This document shows, piece by piece, positions 19,706-30,141 of a stretch of 64,000 bases of DNA (the stretch's first letter is position 1; the number at the start of each line of letters is the position of its first letter). A program made the translations under genes and the position numbers. Source of the DNA: Microgenomates bacterium OLB23 (GTDB taxonomy: Bacteria > Patescibacteriota > Microgenomatia > UBA1406 > HO2-37-13b); assembly GCA_001567245.1 (NCBI GenBank), contig LMZU01000016.1, positions 467 to 64,466 on the forward strand. The letters are read 5' to 3'. A model generated the notes under the pieces. It saw nothing but the letters and a program-made list of their open reading frames with translations. It did no database searches and was not told the DNA's origin.

Positions 19706-19734
19706 TTGTGAATTCTCTACCCATTGTGTACCAT
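19706..19734 (+). promoter_or_regulatory. Candidate promoter TTGTGA-17-TACCAT, 7 nt upstream of ATG 19742
   Basis: Weaker hexamers but the same geometry as the consensus examples. Confidence 0.35.
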
Positions 19735-19741
19735 CCTACAT

Positions 19742-20541
19742 ATGGGATTGCTTAAACATTACCCGGTGAGTTTTATTTTTTGTATAGTTATATTTTTGAC
19801 ACATATACATAGTGCACATGCCGCATATTTATACCTCGACCCCACCACAGGTACCATTAACAGCAGCACGGCAAGACTTGAAGTAAAAGTTCGCATTAAT
19901 ACCGAAGGCGAAAAACCCACAACAACAGATGCAATTATTTCTTACGACGCAGCAAAGCTGAAGGTTGTACAGGTAAAAGAACCAGGACAAAGCGAAAAAT
20001 TCTTTCCACGCTTTTTTCTTAACAGCAAGCCCGGCAAGGTGTTTGTAGGATCTGCAATATTGCCACAAGGCACCCCACAGTCGGGCGATGGGCTTATCGC
20101 AACAATTGTTTTTGAAGGCGTAAGCGATGGAGCAGCCACTGCCAGCGTAGTTTGTGAAGATGGCAAAACCACCGATTCTAACATTACCCTAAAAAAAACC
20201 AGCGTGTTACTGATATTGCCGACTGCAGCAAAACCACCAGCTCAACCATAACCATAAGTGGCGTTGGTGGAGGAACAATTACTCCAACTTTGGGGCTTAG
20301 TGGAACTCCAAGACCTTCACCAACATCGAGACTTAGCGCTACTCCTGCACCATCTACAACAACGCCAACACTTGCACCAACCCTTACTGCAACCAATACT
20401 CCTACCCCATCGCTATCGCCTACTCCTAGCACTACCCCTTCTCAATTACCAGAAACCGGCAACATCGAACCAACTACCATTGCTATATCTGTAGGCATAG
20501 CATTAACAGTGCTCAGTATTATTATTAAAATGCTCTTATGA
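19742..20541 (+). CDS. Cohesin-domain surface protein with LPXTG (LPETG) sortase anchor (frameshifted)
   Basis: Signal peptide ...IFLTHIHSAHA. Cohesin-like core: ARLEVKVRINTEGEKPTTTDAIISYDAAKLKVVQV...GLIATIVFEGVSDGAATASV...TTDSNI. ORFs 19724..20251 and 20290..20541 join if the A8 run 20191-20198 gains 1 base. C-terminus: Thr/Pro linker, LPETG, hydrophobic tail, K. Confidence 0.7.
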
Positions 20542-21092
20542 ACAATTTCATGAATACATTAAAAAACCTTAAACCATCTACCCTGCTTATTCTTTTTTCT
20601 GCATTGCTATTGCCGCTGGTTTTAGGCGGCATATATTACACCACACAAATTCGATCAAAAGCATCTGGGAGCGCTGAAATTTTAGATGCAAAAGCGGTGC
20701 GCATATCTAATGTGGCCGCCGAAATTTCGTTTCGCACAAGTATTGCTGTACAAACCACCCTGCAGTGCGCCTTATCTCGTACAGGAGTGCGCTTTTTTGC
20801 GGGCGAAGACGCAGATGCCACTACACAACACCTTATTAATACCCAACAATTTAATGTGACACTAAATACAAATACTCCTTACTACTGCTATATATATAGT
20901 GGTGACCAAAAGCCTACAGAAATTTTTGTACCTGCTAGCCCACTCAGCAAAACATTTGGCATAGATGGCTCTGCATTCTCTAATGATGTATATGGGGCTT
21001 GTAAAGGCGACGAAGATTATGACCCTTCTCTTGACATTAATCAAGATGGTTGCGTGTTGCTCAATGATTTAAATGAGTTTCCAGAATATTAA
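20538..21092 (+). CDS. TM-anchored Fn3-like protein with a single C-terminal dockerin-like Ca-loop
   Basis: TM helix LLILFSALLLPLVLGGIYY. C-terminus: DINQDGCVLLNDLNEF. ATGA overlap with the previous gene. Confidence 0.45.
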   Translation: MNNFMNTLKNLKPSTLLILFSALLLPLVLGGIYYTTQIRSKASGSAEILDAKAVRISNVAAEISFRTSIAVQTTLQCALSRTGVRFFAGEDADATTQHLINTQQFNVTLNTNTPYYCYIYSGDQKPTEIFVPASPLSKTFGIDGSAFSNDVYGACKGDEDYDPSLDINQDGCVLLNDLNEFPEY

Positions 21093-21109
21093 CCCACTAT
21101 ATAAAGCAC

Positions 21110-21139
21110 TTGACAAAGCGTTTTTTAAACTCGTAGAAT
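21110..21139 (+). promoter_or_regulatory. Promoter TTGACA-18-TAGAAT, 6 nt upstream of ATG 21146
   Basis: Perfect -35 at 21110-21115. -10 at 21134-21139. Confidence 0.6.
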
Positions 21140-21145
21140 GGTACC

Positions 21146-21715
21146 ATGGATAAAGTAGAAACAGACATTCAAGAATTCCACACACTTCACCCTCAAAAAA
21201 AGCTAAAAGTTCTTGCCATTATTGCCGCTATTTTTATTGCAAGTGTTGCAGGCGGGCTTTATTTTTCTACAAAAAGCAATACCCCATCTACAACCACAAA
21301 AGATTCTGAAGCCCCAAAGGGAACTTCTCAGCTTATTATGCAACCTGAGACTTTGAGTATTACAAAGGGTCAAACAATTAAAGTAAGCGTTATGGTAAAA
21401 GATACAGGCTCACAAGCTACAGACATTGCTATTGGCTACGATCCAAAGCTTGTTGAAGTATCTAACATAGTAAACGGCGATGTCTTCCCCGATATGCTGC
21501 GCAGCGAAATAGTAAACAACCAAATTATAGTTTCAGCAGCAGTAGACCCCAACAATCCTAACGACATAAAAACAGGAACCGTTTTTTCGTTTATGCTCAA
21601 AGGCCTCACCACTGGAGAAGCAACTCTTACGTTTGATAAAGATATAACCATAGCGGCAACTAACGGAGTTAACACTCTGGGTAGCGCTGAACCAGTAACC
21701 ATTACCGTTAAATAA
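21146..21715 (+). CDS. TM-anchored cohesin-domain protein
   Basis: TM helix VLAIIAAIFIASVAGGLYF. Core: GQTIKVSVMVKDTGSQATDIAIGYDPKLVEVSNIVNGDVF...GTVFSFMLKGLTTGEATLTFD. Paralog of 24787..25332 and 34038..34641. Confidence 0.7.
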   Translation: MDKVETDIQEFHTLHPQKKLKVLAIIAAIFIASVAGGLYFSTKSNTPSTTTKDSEAPKGTSQLIMQPETLSITKGQTIKVSVMVKDTGSQATDIAIGYDPKLVEVSNIVNGDVFPDMLRSEIVNNQIIVSAAVDPNNPNDIKTGTVFSFMLKGLTTGEATLTFDKDITIAATNGVNTLGSAEPVTITVK

Positions 21716-24700
21716 TGAACGTATTGCGAACAACAAATCGACAACGAGGCGAAGTTGCCTCTTTTCTAACCATTGTTTCAATGGTCGTACTTTCGTTAGG
21801 TCTTTTTGTAGGTTATAGACTCAACAGCAGCACTGCAACTATTAACCCCGCTCCACAAGCCGCAGGCCCAGCTATTTCACAAGCAATCCCTGCCGATGGT
21901 GTAGATCGTCATGATCAGGTATGTTTCCCTGGTGGAGACAAAAACCAGCAAGTTCGTGACAAGTTTTGTAGAACACGTATGTACCCTTCAACTCTTTTAA
22001 GAGATACCATTAAGCGAGCAGATTCTCGTGCAAAACGATTGTTTGAAGCAATATACAGTGGAACAGAACAGTCTAAACCCAACCCAGCAACTACTGTTAT
22101 AACCGAAAAAGACCAGCGAACCGTGCGTTTATATGGCGGACTCTGTCTTAATCGCAGTTCTCTAGAAGACACAAAACTACAAACTAGTGACGTAGAAGTC
22201 TACGTTAGTTTGTTTGGCGTAAGAAAGTTCTACGACAGTAAAAACCAGGTTGGCATTGAAGAACGAGACATAAATGAAGTGCTTCGCTACAAAATTGCTG
22301 CTGCCGAAGATAAGTTGGGCTCTGACAGCGACGACACGCTTTTTCCTGCACAAGCTCGCCGAGATATATGTACATTTACCAATGGCGCAGTTGATGCAAC
22401 TGACTATCGCTCCACCGATAACCCTCTTCTTTTTTCTATTCAAATGGCTAAAGCAAGCATAGAGAGTGCAATCGAACGTGCAAAAAAAGACTCTACAATT
22501 CAGCAAAAGTTTGACACTAAAGAGTGCTCTGTGTACATTCACCTGCGCGATAACATTGCAGCGGGCGCTGCACAGGGATCCACAGGCAGCAAACCCAAAG
22601 ACACATATAATATATACAAAGTAGATTTGCGAGATGTGCTTGGCAAAGAGGCAGAGACTATTTGCCCGCCAGTCACCGCTACACCAACCCCACCAGTGAG
22701 TACAAGCCTACCCTCAACCCTCAACACCCAGCAAGTAACTGTAACAGTAACACCTCCGCTTGGCGCACGATGTTTTGAAAAATGTACACCAAGCACGGTA
22801 TGTGCAAAAGATCCTTCTACAAAAGGCCCCTTGCTCTGCTATAATGCCGATGGATTAGGCGGTTTAAAGCCTTTCCCTACTACCGTTGATGCCCGCGAAG
22901 ACGGCAGCCTTGAGCCAAACACAGAAAACCTTACCCTTTGCGCACCTGGCGACAACAACTGTCTTTGCCTTCCAACAAAATGCCAATTTAACCCAGCGCT
23001 CTGTAAAACCAAGCTCGATGCTTGCCCACAATCGGTTACGCCTACAATTACCATATCAGTGACACCACCCACTACCATTACCGTTACTCCACCAACTGAC
23101 ACCCCCACAAACCCTCCACCATCAATCACAACCTACCCTGAGGCATGTACATTCGACGCAGTCGCATACGTACAAGAGTGCACCACCTTTGATCAAAATG
23201 GTCAATGTAAAAGAGGCACAGATGGCCGCTTTATTGCAAGGAGCATAGATGTGGGTAATCTAGGCTTGGCATGGGGTGCAAGCAACAACAAACAAATCGC
23301 GGGTGGACGATATGGCTCTGAACCAGCAACACCATTTAAGTATTTGCAAAACACATTCGTTGGAGCACTTGATTCGCTTAAGGCACGCTTCCCCTATTTG
23401 GCGAGCATTGGCATAAACGAGCTCACCTTTATAGATCACAAAGCCGAAGTTCCCCTTCAACCTGGAAAGAATCCGCTTGAACCTGGGTCTGCAGCTGACT
23501 TAACACCAGAAGGTAGAGCAAAGAATCCAATCCTTATAGACCCATTTAATCAGCACCCAAGCGAGCAATACTTTAACCGCGAAACAGCGCAAGTGCGCCT
23601 GTATGCAGACTTTGCTAACAATGGCTATCGTATAGTACCCGAAGGTAACGAAATTCAGTCATGTATTAATACTCTTACTGGCACACCACTTGGTGCCTGC
23701 GACTTAGCTTCATTCCAGGCAAATCGTGTAAATGAAACACTGCGCCCTGGTACTCCAGATTCGGTTGGCCGTGATCCTCGCGACACCATCGATGGTCTAA
23801 CAGTAGGATGTGGACAAAACATAGTCTACGGCTGGACACTGCAAAAATGCAACAATGAGCCTGCAGATTATGTGTTTGTAATAGATGTATCAACCTCAAT
23901 GAGTACAGGCAAAGACCTCTCTGGTGACCTAAAAATAGATGCAGCAAAAAAATCTATTAATGCCTTCCTTACTACAATTAGTACATTCAGCAAAGATAGC
24001 CGCGCAGCATTGGTACAGTTTAGTTCAAAAGACAACACCCGCATTGTAGAGGGTCTTACTTCTAATATTGCTCAAGTGCAGAATGCGCTTAGTACCAAGC
24101 TCACAGTAAAAGCAGGAACATGTATAGAAGAAGGCCTTGGTCAAACCATCAGCCTGCTTCAGGGTATGCAATCAAACAGAAAAACATATGTGGTATTCCT
24201 TACAGACGGCCTTCCTAACTGTCCAGATAGAGCACCTCAGTCTGACTCTATTAAAATCATAGAGGCACATGGTAACACCTTGCGCAGTATGAGCAACCTT
24301 AAAACCTATGCAATTGGTGTAGGCAACCCAAACCTTGAAGGAGTTGGTGCCGACGTTGAATTATTCGAAGTAATTAAGCTCATTGCAAGCACACCAGAAA
24401 CAGCCTTCTCAGCATCTGGTGATGTAAGCATCAATGATATTTATGCAAACATTCAAACCGAACTTAACTCTTGTGCTCGATCTGAGGCTTTATATGCCAA
24501 CTACATTTCATCTCAAGATATTAACGGCGATGGCGTAATTAACACCATAGACCTCTTCCTTGTATACGACAACTACTTCCAAAAAGGACAAGATTTGCCA
24601 GAAGACCTTAATGGCGACAAAGTAGTTAACTCTCTTGACGTGTCTATCATAGTCAACAATATGGGAAAGATAATCCCCCAAGAAAACAACACAGCACAAA

Positions 24701-24726
24701 AGTCGCTTGGTGATGTCTTTAATTAA
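21715..24726 (+). CDS. 1003-aa surface protein: TadG-like N-terminal anchor + Cys-rich region + novel conserved domain + vWA domain + C-terminal dockerin
   Basis: N-terminus QRGEVASFLTIVSMVVLSLGLFVG. vWA MIDAS motif DYVFVIDVSTSMS, then GTCIEEGL and VVFLTDGLPN. Dockerin: DINGDGVINTIDLFLVYDNYF...DLNGDKVVNSLDVSIIVNNMG. Its start overlaps the cohesin stop (TAATG). Confidence 0.8.
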   Translation: MNVLRTTNRQRGEVASFLTIVSMVVLSLGLFVGYRLNSSTATINPAPQAAGPAISQAIPADGVDRHDQVCFPGGDKNQQVRDKFCRTRMYPSTLLRDTIKRADSRAKRLFEAIYSGTEQSKPNPATTVITEKDQRTVRLYGGLCLNRSSLEDTKLQTSDVEVYVSLFGVRKFYDSKNQVGIEERDINEVLRYKIAAAEDKLGSDSDDTLFPAQARRDICTFTNGAVDATDYRSTDNPLLFSIQMAKASIESAIERAKKDSTIQQKFDTKECSVYIHLRDNIAAGAAQGSTGSKPKDTYNIYKVDLRDVLGKEAETICPPVTATPTPPVSTSLPSTLNTQQVTVTVTPPLGARCFEKCTPSTVCAKDPSTKGPLLCYNADGLGGLKPFPTTVDAREDGSLEPNTENLTLCAPGDNNCLCLPTKCQFNPALCKTKLDACPQSVTPTITISVTPPTTITVTPPTDTPTNPPPSITTYPEACTFDAVAYVQECTTFDQNGQCKRGTDGRFIARSIDVGNLGLAWGASNNKQIAGGRYGSEPATPFKYLQNTFVGALDSLKARFPYLASIGINELTFIDHKAEVPLQPGKNPLEPGSAADLTPEGRAKNPILIDPFNQHPSEQYFNRETAQVRLYADFANNGYRIVPEGNEIQSCINTLTGTPLGACDLASFQANRVNETLRPGTPDSVGRDPRDTIDGLTVGCGQNIVYGWTLQKCNNEPADYVFVIDVSTSMSTGKDLSGDLKIDAAKKSINAFLTTISTFSKDSRAALVQFSSKDNTRIVEGLTSNIAQVQNALSTKLTVKAGTCIEEGLGQTISLLQGMQSNRKTYVVFLTDGLPNCPDRAPQSDSIKIIEAHGNTLRSMSNLKTYAIGVGNPNLEGVGADVELFEVIKLIASTPETAFSASGDVSINDIYANIQTELNSCARSEALYANYISSQDINGDGVINTIDLFLVYDNYFQKGQDLPEDLNGDKVVNSLDVSIIVNNMGKIIPQENNTAQKSLGDVFN

Positions 24727-24749
24727 TTAAACAACCCCCTATTTTTCTC

Positions 24750-24779
24750 TTGACAAACATCTTTTAAAAACCGTACAAT
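24750..24779 (+). promoter_or_regulatory. Promoter TTGACA-18-TACAAT, 7 nt upstream of ATG 24787
   Basis: Perfect -35 at 24750-24755. -10 at 24774-24779. The track start at 24778 lies inside the -10, so ATG 24787 is preferred. Confidence 0.6.
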
Positions 24780-24786
24780 GGTTTTC

Positions 24787-25332
24787 ATGCAACAAACAAC
24801 AACCCCTCAACCTAATAAGAACATTGCGCTCATTGGTATAGTTTTTTTTATCTTCGCTGTAAGTCTTATAATGGGCCTTTTGTTTGCACAAAAAAACGGC
24901 ACCTCAACTAAAACCGCTGAAAAGCAAAGCTTAGAAGGAACCACAAAGCTTTCTCTAAAGCCCCAGGCAATGCAGCTAAAGAAAGGTGAAAGCACACAGG
25001 TAACTGTTGAGCTTTCGGGATCGCCATCGCAAGCCGCAGACATTGTTGTGACATTTAATCCAAAACTAGTTAAGGTTTCAGAAGTGGCTAATGGTACAGT
25101 ATTTTCTGACATTCTACGCAGCGAGGTACAAGATAACCAAATAGTTGTTTCGTCTGCGGTAGACCCAAATAACCCTACCAATTTAAAAGAAGGAGTACTC
25201 TTTTCGTTTACGGTAACCGCCCTTGCTTCTGGAGACGCTACACTAGACTTTAACAAAGACTTAACCATCACTGCTCATAGTGGCACCAATACACTAGGTA
25301 CAGCAGAACCAGTTACCTTATCAATCAAATAA
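24787..25332 (+). CDS. TM-anchored cohesin-domain protein (paralog of 21146..21715)
   Basis: TM helix [21 protein letters not shown]. Core: [40 protein letters not shown]...[21 protein letters not shown]. Confidence 0.7.
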
Positions 25333-25358
25333 GCCAACGGCAAACATACAGAATAAAC

Positions 25359-27651
25359 ATGAAAATATTTAGTAGAAGCACCACTGGTCAGCGGGGCGAG
25401 ATTGCCTCGTTGTTAACCATTGTGTCGATGTTGGTAATTACTGCGGGTATTATTGTAGGAACACGCATTAATCAAGCCCGATCGCCACTGTCTACTTCAC
25501 CTTTAGCTGTAGATGGCCCCACTCCAATTGAGCTAGGTTACACTGGTGGTAGATGGTTTGATGGATCACAGGGCCTTATTTGTGCCGCTGAGTTTACCTG
25601 TAATGCAGATCCTCTTATTCAAAAGCTAGAAATTCGGTCACTAGATGGCACACAAAAATTTGAACTCGGTGTTGATGTATCTGGACGAGGAAACCCAAAT
25701 GGCACGCCTATTGGCAAAACAATTACCGGCGCATGTAGCAACCGCTCATATGGCATTCTAGTAAATTGGGACCCCCGCATTGAATACACACAAGCTCAAA
25801 AAGCTAATGTAAAAAAGTCAACCGGCTACGAAATTAAGAAAGGCCAAATTTTACTTAGCGTTCGCCAGGGCCCCGCTGATCACAAATATTTTGTATACGA
25901 TCGCCCAGCATGGCTTACCGGCAGCGAAGACGCCATTTTTTACTTTGAGTTTGATGCAAAAACTGCTGGTGTCACAAGACGTTATTCACAAATAGCAAAA
26001 GGTAAAAAAGGTTGCGGCCCAGAGGTTACACCTTCGCCAACAACAACAATTACGGTAAGCCCTACCCCCACAACATTGCTTTCGGGTAGTCCAACCCCTA
26101 CGCCAACAACAATAGTCAATTCGTGTAACTACAATGCATTGGTTTATGTGCAAGAATGTACGCGCTTTACCGCCCAAGGCGAATGCGCACGCGATACTAA
26201 TGGAAGATTTTTTGCTCAGGCACTCAACCCAACCGAGCTGGCAAAATTTGGCACCATAAATAACAAACAGCTCGCTGGTGGTCGTTATGGCGAGGGCCCG
26301 GTTTCTAAATTTAGCCTGTATACTGGCAATGTGAGTGAGGCTTCTAGCATTGTCAGCACATTCCCTTACTTCACTGGAAGGTTAGGCAGTCAGCTTGCAT
26401 ACTTTAGATATGATTCTAGTCAACCTGTTCCAGCTGGGGTTGACCCAACCGCACGTGGAAATGGAATTTTTATCCCCCCAACCTTTACCCACCCCAACGA
26501 ACGATATGCAAATAAAGAGAACGCTTTTGTGCGGCTTACTATGGCACGACCAGAATACGCAGTAGTGCCAAACGGTAATGAAATTGTTTACTGCAAAAAA
26601 CGACATAAAAGGTAATTTTATTGGCGCATGTGGTAGCAATGGGCTACAGTACGACCCAAATGTAGACCCAGCAAAGCGTCACCCTCGCGATACCATTGAT
26701 GGTCTTACCGTTGGCTGTGGCCAAAACATTGTGTATGGCTGGACAGTACAAAAATGTAATGCAAACTTTGATTACGTATTTGTAATGGATACTTCTACTT
26801 CTATGATGCGTACACGCGATGTATCTAGCGGAAACAAGCTAAAAAAAGATGCAGCTAACGAAGAATTACAAGACTTTCTCACCAATATTAAGAACAGTGG
26901 TGGTGATCATCGTGCTGCCCTTATACAGTTTAATCATCGATCAGATACTCGTGTAGTAACACCGCTCACCAACAACATTGATACTGTTAAACAAGCTGCA
27001 ACAAGCGGACTAACTTATAAAGAAGGAACCTGTATAGAGTGTGGCCTGCAAACAACATTAACCTTCCTTCAAAATGAGCGACAAGACAAGTCGCGCCGGG
27101 TGGTGGTTGTATTCCTTACAGACGGCCTCCCCAACAGTGACCCCGGCGCACCAAAAGCTGGCGGGTATGAGGGAGATATTGCTGCAGTCGCAGGCAGGCT
27201 TAAAGCTCTTAATACTGCAGCAACGGGTAATGTGCCCCCAACAGTTATTGGTATTGGCTATGGAGATCCTAACTTTTCGGGAGCACCCCAACCAGGAGAC
27301 CTTGTTAATGCAGAGCTTATTAGAGTCATAAAGCTCTTCACCACCGATGACACATGGGCCTTCTCTACTGCTGCAAACGTAAGTATTACAGAGGTATTCA
27401 ATCGTATTCAACAAAGCCTTAACTCGTGTGCTCTAAACGAAAAGCTGCATGCTGCATTTGTAAAATCTAAAGATGTCAATAACGATGGTATTATTAATAC
27501 AGTTGACCTATTTGCACTGTACGATGCGTACTTTCAAAAAGGTACCAACCTTGCTGGCGATCTTAACCAAGACGGGATCATTAATTCTCTTGATATCTCA
27601 CTCCTAATCGGTGATCTGGGAACAGTAGTCGAACCAGGCACTGAACAATGA
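25359..27651 (+). CDS. Paralog of 21715..24726: TadG-like anchor + conserved domain + vWA + dockerin (frameshifted)
   Basis: ORFs 25359..26615 and 26578..27651 join (..NGNEIVYCKNDIKGNFIGAC..) if the A6 run 26595-26600 loses 1 base. QRGEIASLLTIVSMLVITAGIIVG. MIDAS DYVFVMDTSTSMM. Dockerin: DVNNDGIINTVDLFALYDAYF...DLNQDGIINSLDISLLIGDLG. Confidence 0.75.
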
Positions 27652-28437
27652 AACACCTACTACTTGTATCGAGCATACTCATCGTCGCATTCGGCATATT
27701 GCTAGGATTTATTTTTTTTGCAGGCAGATACACCTATTGCATTGCTTTCTGAAGCCAGCAACACTAATAGTGCAGCCTATTATTGCCCTGTAGATATTAC
27801 CCTATACGTACACGAGCAAGATACATTAGGTCAGCAAGTTCCACTTTCGCTAGAGAGCTACCCAGAGCTTGATTTAATGCAATGGAGCATTACTACAAAT
27901 AATGCACAGTCTGCTCCCCTATATTTTAATGAGCTTCCACTTATGCAATATTCTGCAAAAAATACTTTTTTGTCACTTGTAACAGACCCAAAACAGGCAG
28001 ATATGTTTGCTAAAAAAGATGTTGCTGCATTACAGCTTAACTATCAATCTGATCTTTTTCGCGTTGTAAAGCAAGAGGTAGTTACCTGCGCATCTGCAAC
28101 ACAACAAAACCTGTGCAACACACAAACAGAAGATGAAAGTAACAATCAGCAACAGCTTACTACGCTCTCCGCTACAATGGATTGCGGTATGAAGCTTGTG
28201 GCTGGCTGGGTTGTAGAGAAAGTTGCAACAAACACATCACCATCATCAGCCACTACGGCTACCACTATTGTTCAATGTGATCTTAATAGCGACGGGGCCT
28301 GCAATACATTTGATCTGTTTGTAATATTAGACACATATGGGAGCAAAGGTTCGGGGCTTAATGGAGACCTAAACAATGATCAAGCTGTTAATGCACTCGA
28401 CTACACCCTTATGACAAGTCGAATTTCTCTCTTGTAA
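27648..28437 (+). CDS. Signal-anchored protein with C-terminal dockerin (frameshift in TM region)
   Basis: ATG 27648 (ATGA overlap) joins ORF 27718..28437 if the T8 run 27712-27719 loses 1 base, giving MKHLLLVSSILIVAFGILLGFIFLQADTP. C-terminus: DLNSDGACNTFDLFVILDTYG...DLNNDQAVNALDYTLMTSRI. Confidence 0.6.
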
Positions 28438-28460
28438 TATATACGCTTCTTATCTAGAAT
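28432..28460 (+). promoter_or_regulatory. Promoter TTGTAA-17-TAGAAT, 6 nt upstream of ATG 28467
   Basis: Hexamers read directly. Confidence 0.45.
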
Positions 28461-28466
28461 GATCTT

Positions 28467-30141
28467 ATGTACGTGGTAAAAACTGCGATTATATCTGTTG
28501 CTGTAGCTTTGTGTGCAACTTTTATTATGATCGGTGTGGCTTATGGACAGTCTAAACCCGAAATTACCTACATCAAAAATTCTGACATTGGGTTTACCAT
28601 ATCTGATCTTACCCCTTCTCGTCAGTGGGACTATATTGCAAGCACTAACTTTTGCTTTAGCTTTAACCCACCCACCGCAAATGGCAGTGCGGCAGTTCAG
28701 GTTACTATGGAGCTTAAAGACAAAGCAAACCCGTCTTCTACAGTAGAGGAGGTCATTGGGGCATCTGTTAATCAGCTCATTACTAATCCTTCTACTGTGC
28801 GTTGTGGCTCTAGCACGCTCCGCAGGCTTACAGCACAAGCGCCTTTCAACATACCACCCCAGGAACGATGGGTTGAGGCATGCCCACGCATAAAGGTAAA
28901 AGTAGTCACAAAAGGGCCATGGCGACCATTTCCGCAAGAAGATGTAGCATATATAGAAAGAAGTTTTCTATGCCCAGACGGCATAGTTACCACAGCGCCT
29001 ACCGCAGCACCAACCACCCCTCCTTCTACCCCTTCTCGCATTCCATTTAGGCCCCGACCCACTACAATACCGCCTACGAGCACTCCAACACCAAATGTAA
29101 ATGCTATTGAAGGGCGTATTACTGTGTTTTCTTGTGCACAACCAGAAACTGTAACGCTAAGCTACTGTGATGATCCTTCTGGAGCAAGCTGCGCTGATCT
29201 TAACCTAGCCACCACACCACAAGATCAGGCAATTTGGCTTGATGATGAAACAAATGAGCGCACATTTATATATAAGTACCGTATTACAAAAGATAAGTCG
29301 GGTAATGCGCTTGATCCGTCTAAAACATATTCTGTGTTTAATGCAAATGCCCGCATCAAGCGTTTTTAAAGATACTAATATAGAGTCATTTGCATCATTA
29401 AAAGAAGATAAAAAAGAAGTTCGCGTACCTGGTAGTCGTGATTTGAGCATATATGCCGCCGCACAAACCTGCGCGTGTGTATTTCATGCACGTGCCCATG
29501 TGCGCGATGCAGATACCGGAGAAATAACCACAGCACTAGATGAGCAGCTAGTGCCAGGGAAAGATCTTACTTTTGGTAGTGCCAACGATATGCAAATTGC
29601 CACCAGAGGAGATAAACCCGTAAGCCCTTTTACTAATGGTGTGCTCGATGTGCTCGAAAGCCTTCATGATATTAACTATAGTAATGAGGTAGGGCCTTGG
29701 ACTCCCTATGGTACCGATGGCACTGCCCACGTGCGCCTATATGCTCCCGGATACACCATTGTAAAGCAGCGCTGCCAAACAACAGCAGCCAGTCAGGTGC
29801 ATGCATGCCCCGATGGTAAATTAGAAGAAGAGCTTACCCCCCGAGATGACCGTAACTTTTTTGGCTTTAGAGTTGCCTGTGGCGTAGACGTTTCGTATGA
29901 CTGGTATATTAGAAAGAACCCTATCGCAAATGCAGAAGGATTTAATGTAACTAAACCCGAAGATGTAGACATAAATAACGATGGCTTTATTAATACAGCA
30001 GACCTGGTTACATGTATTGACGAATGGGGCAAAAAGTCTGGTGCACTTGTGTGTGATATTAATAAAGACAAGTCTGTAGATGCTCTTGACCTTTCTTTGG
30101 TTACCAGTTTACAAGGCATAGACATTAATGAAGCTCAGTAA
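28467..30141 (+). CDS. Signal-anchored modular surface protein with C-terminal dockerin (frameshifted)
   Basis: ORFs 28467..29369 and 29239..30141 join (..NARIKRFKDTNIESF..) if the T5 run 29363-29367 loses 1 base. TM helix IISVAVALCATFIMIGVAY. Dockerin: DINNDGFINTADLVTCIDEWG...DINKDKSVDALDLSLVTSLQG. Confidence 0.6.
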
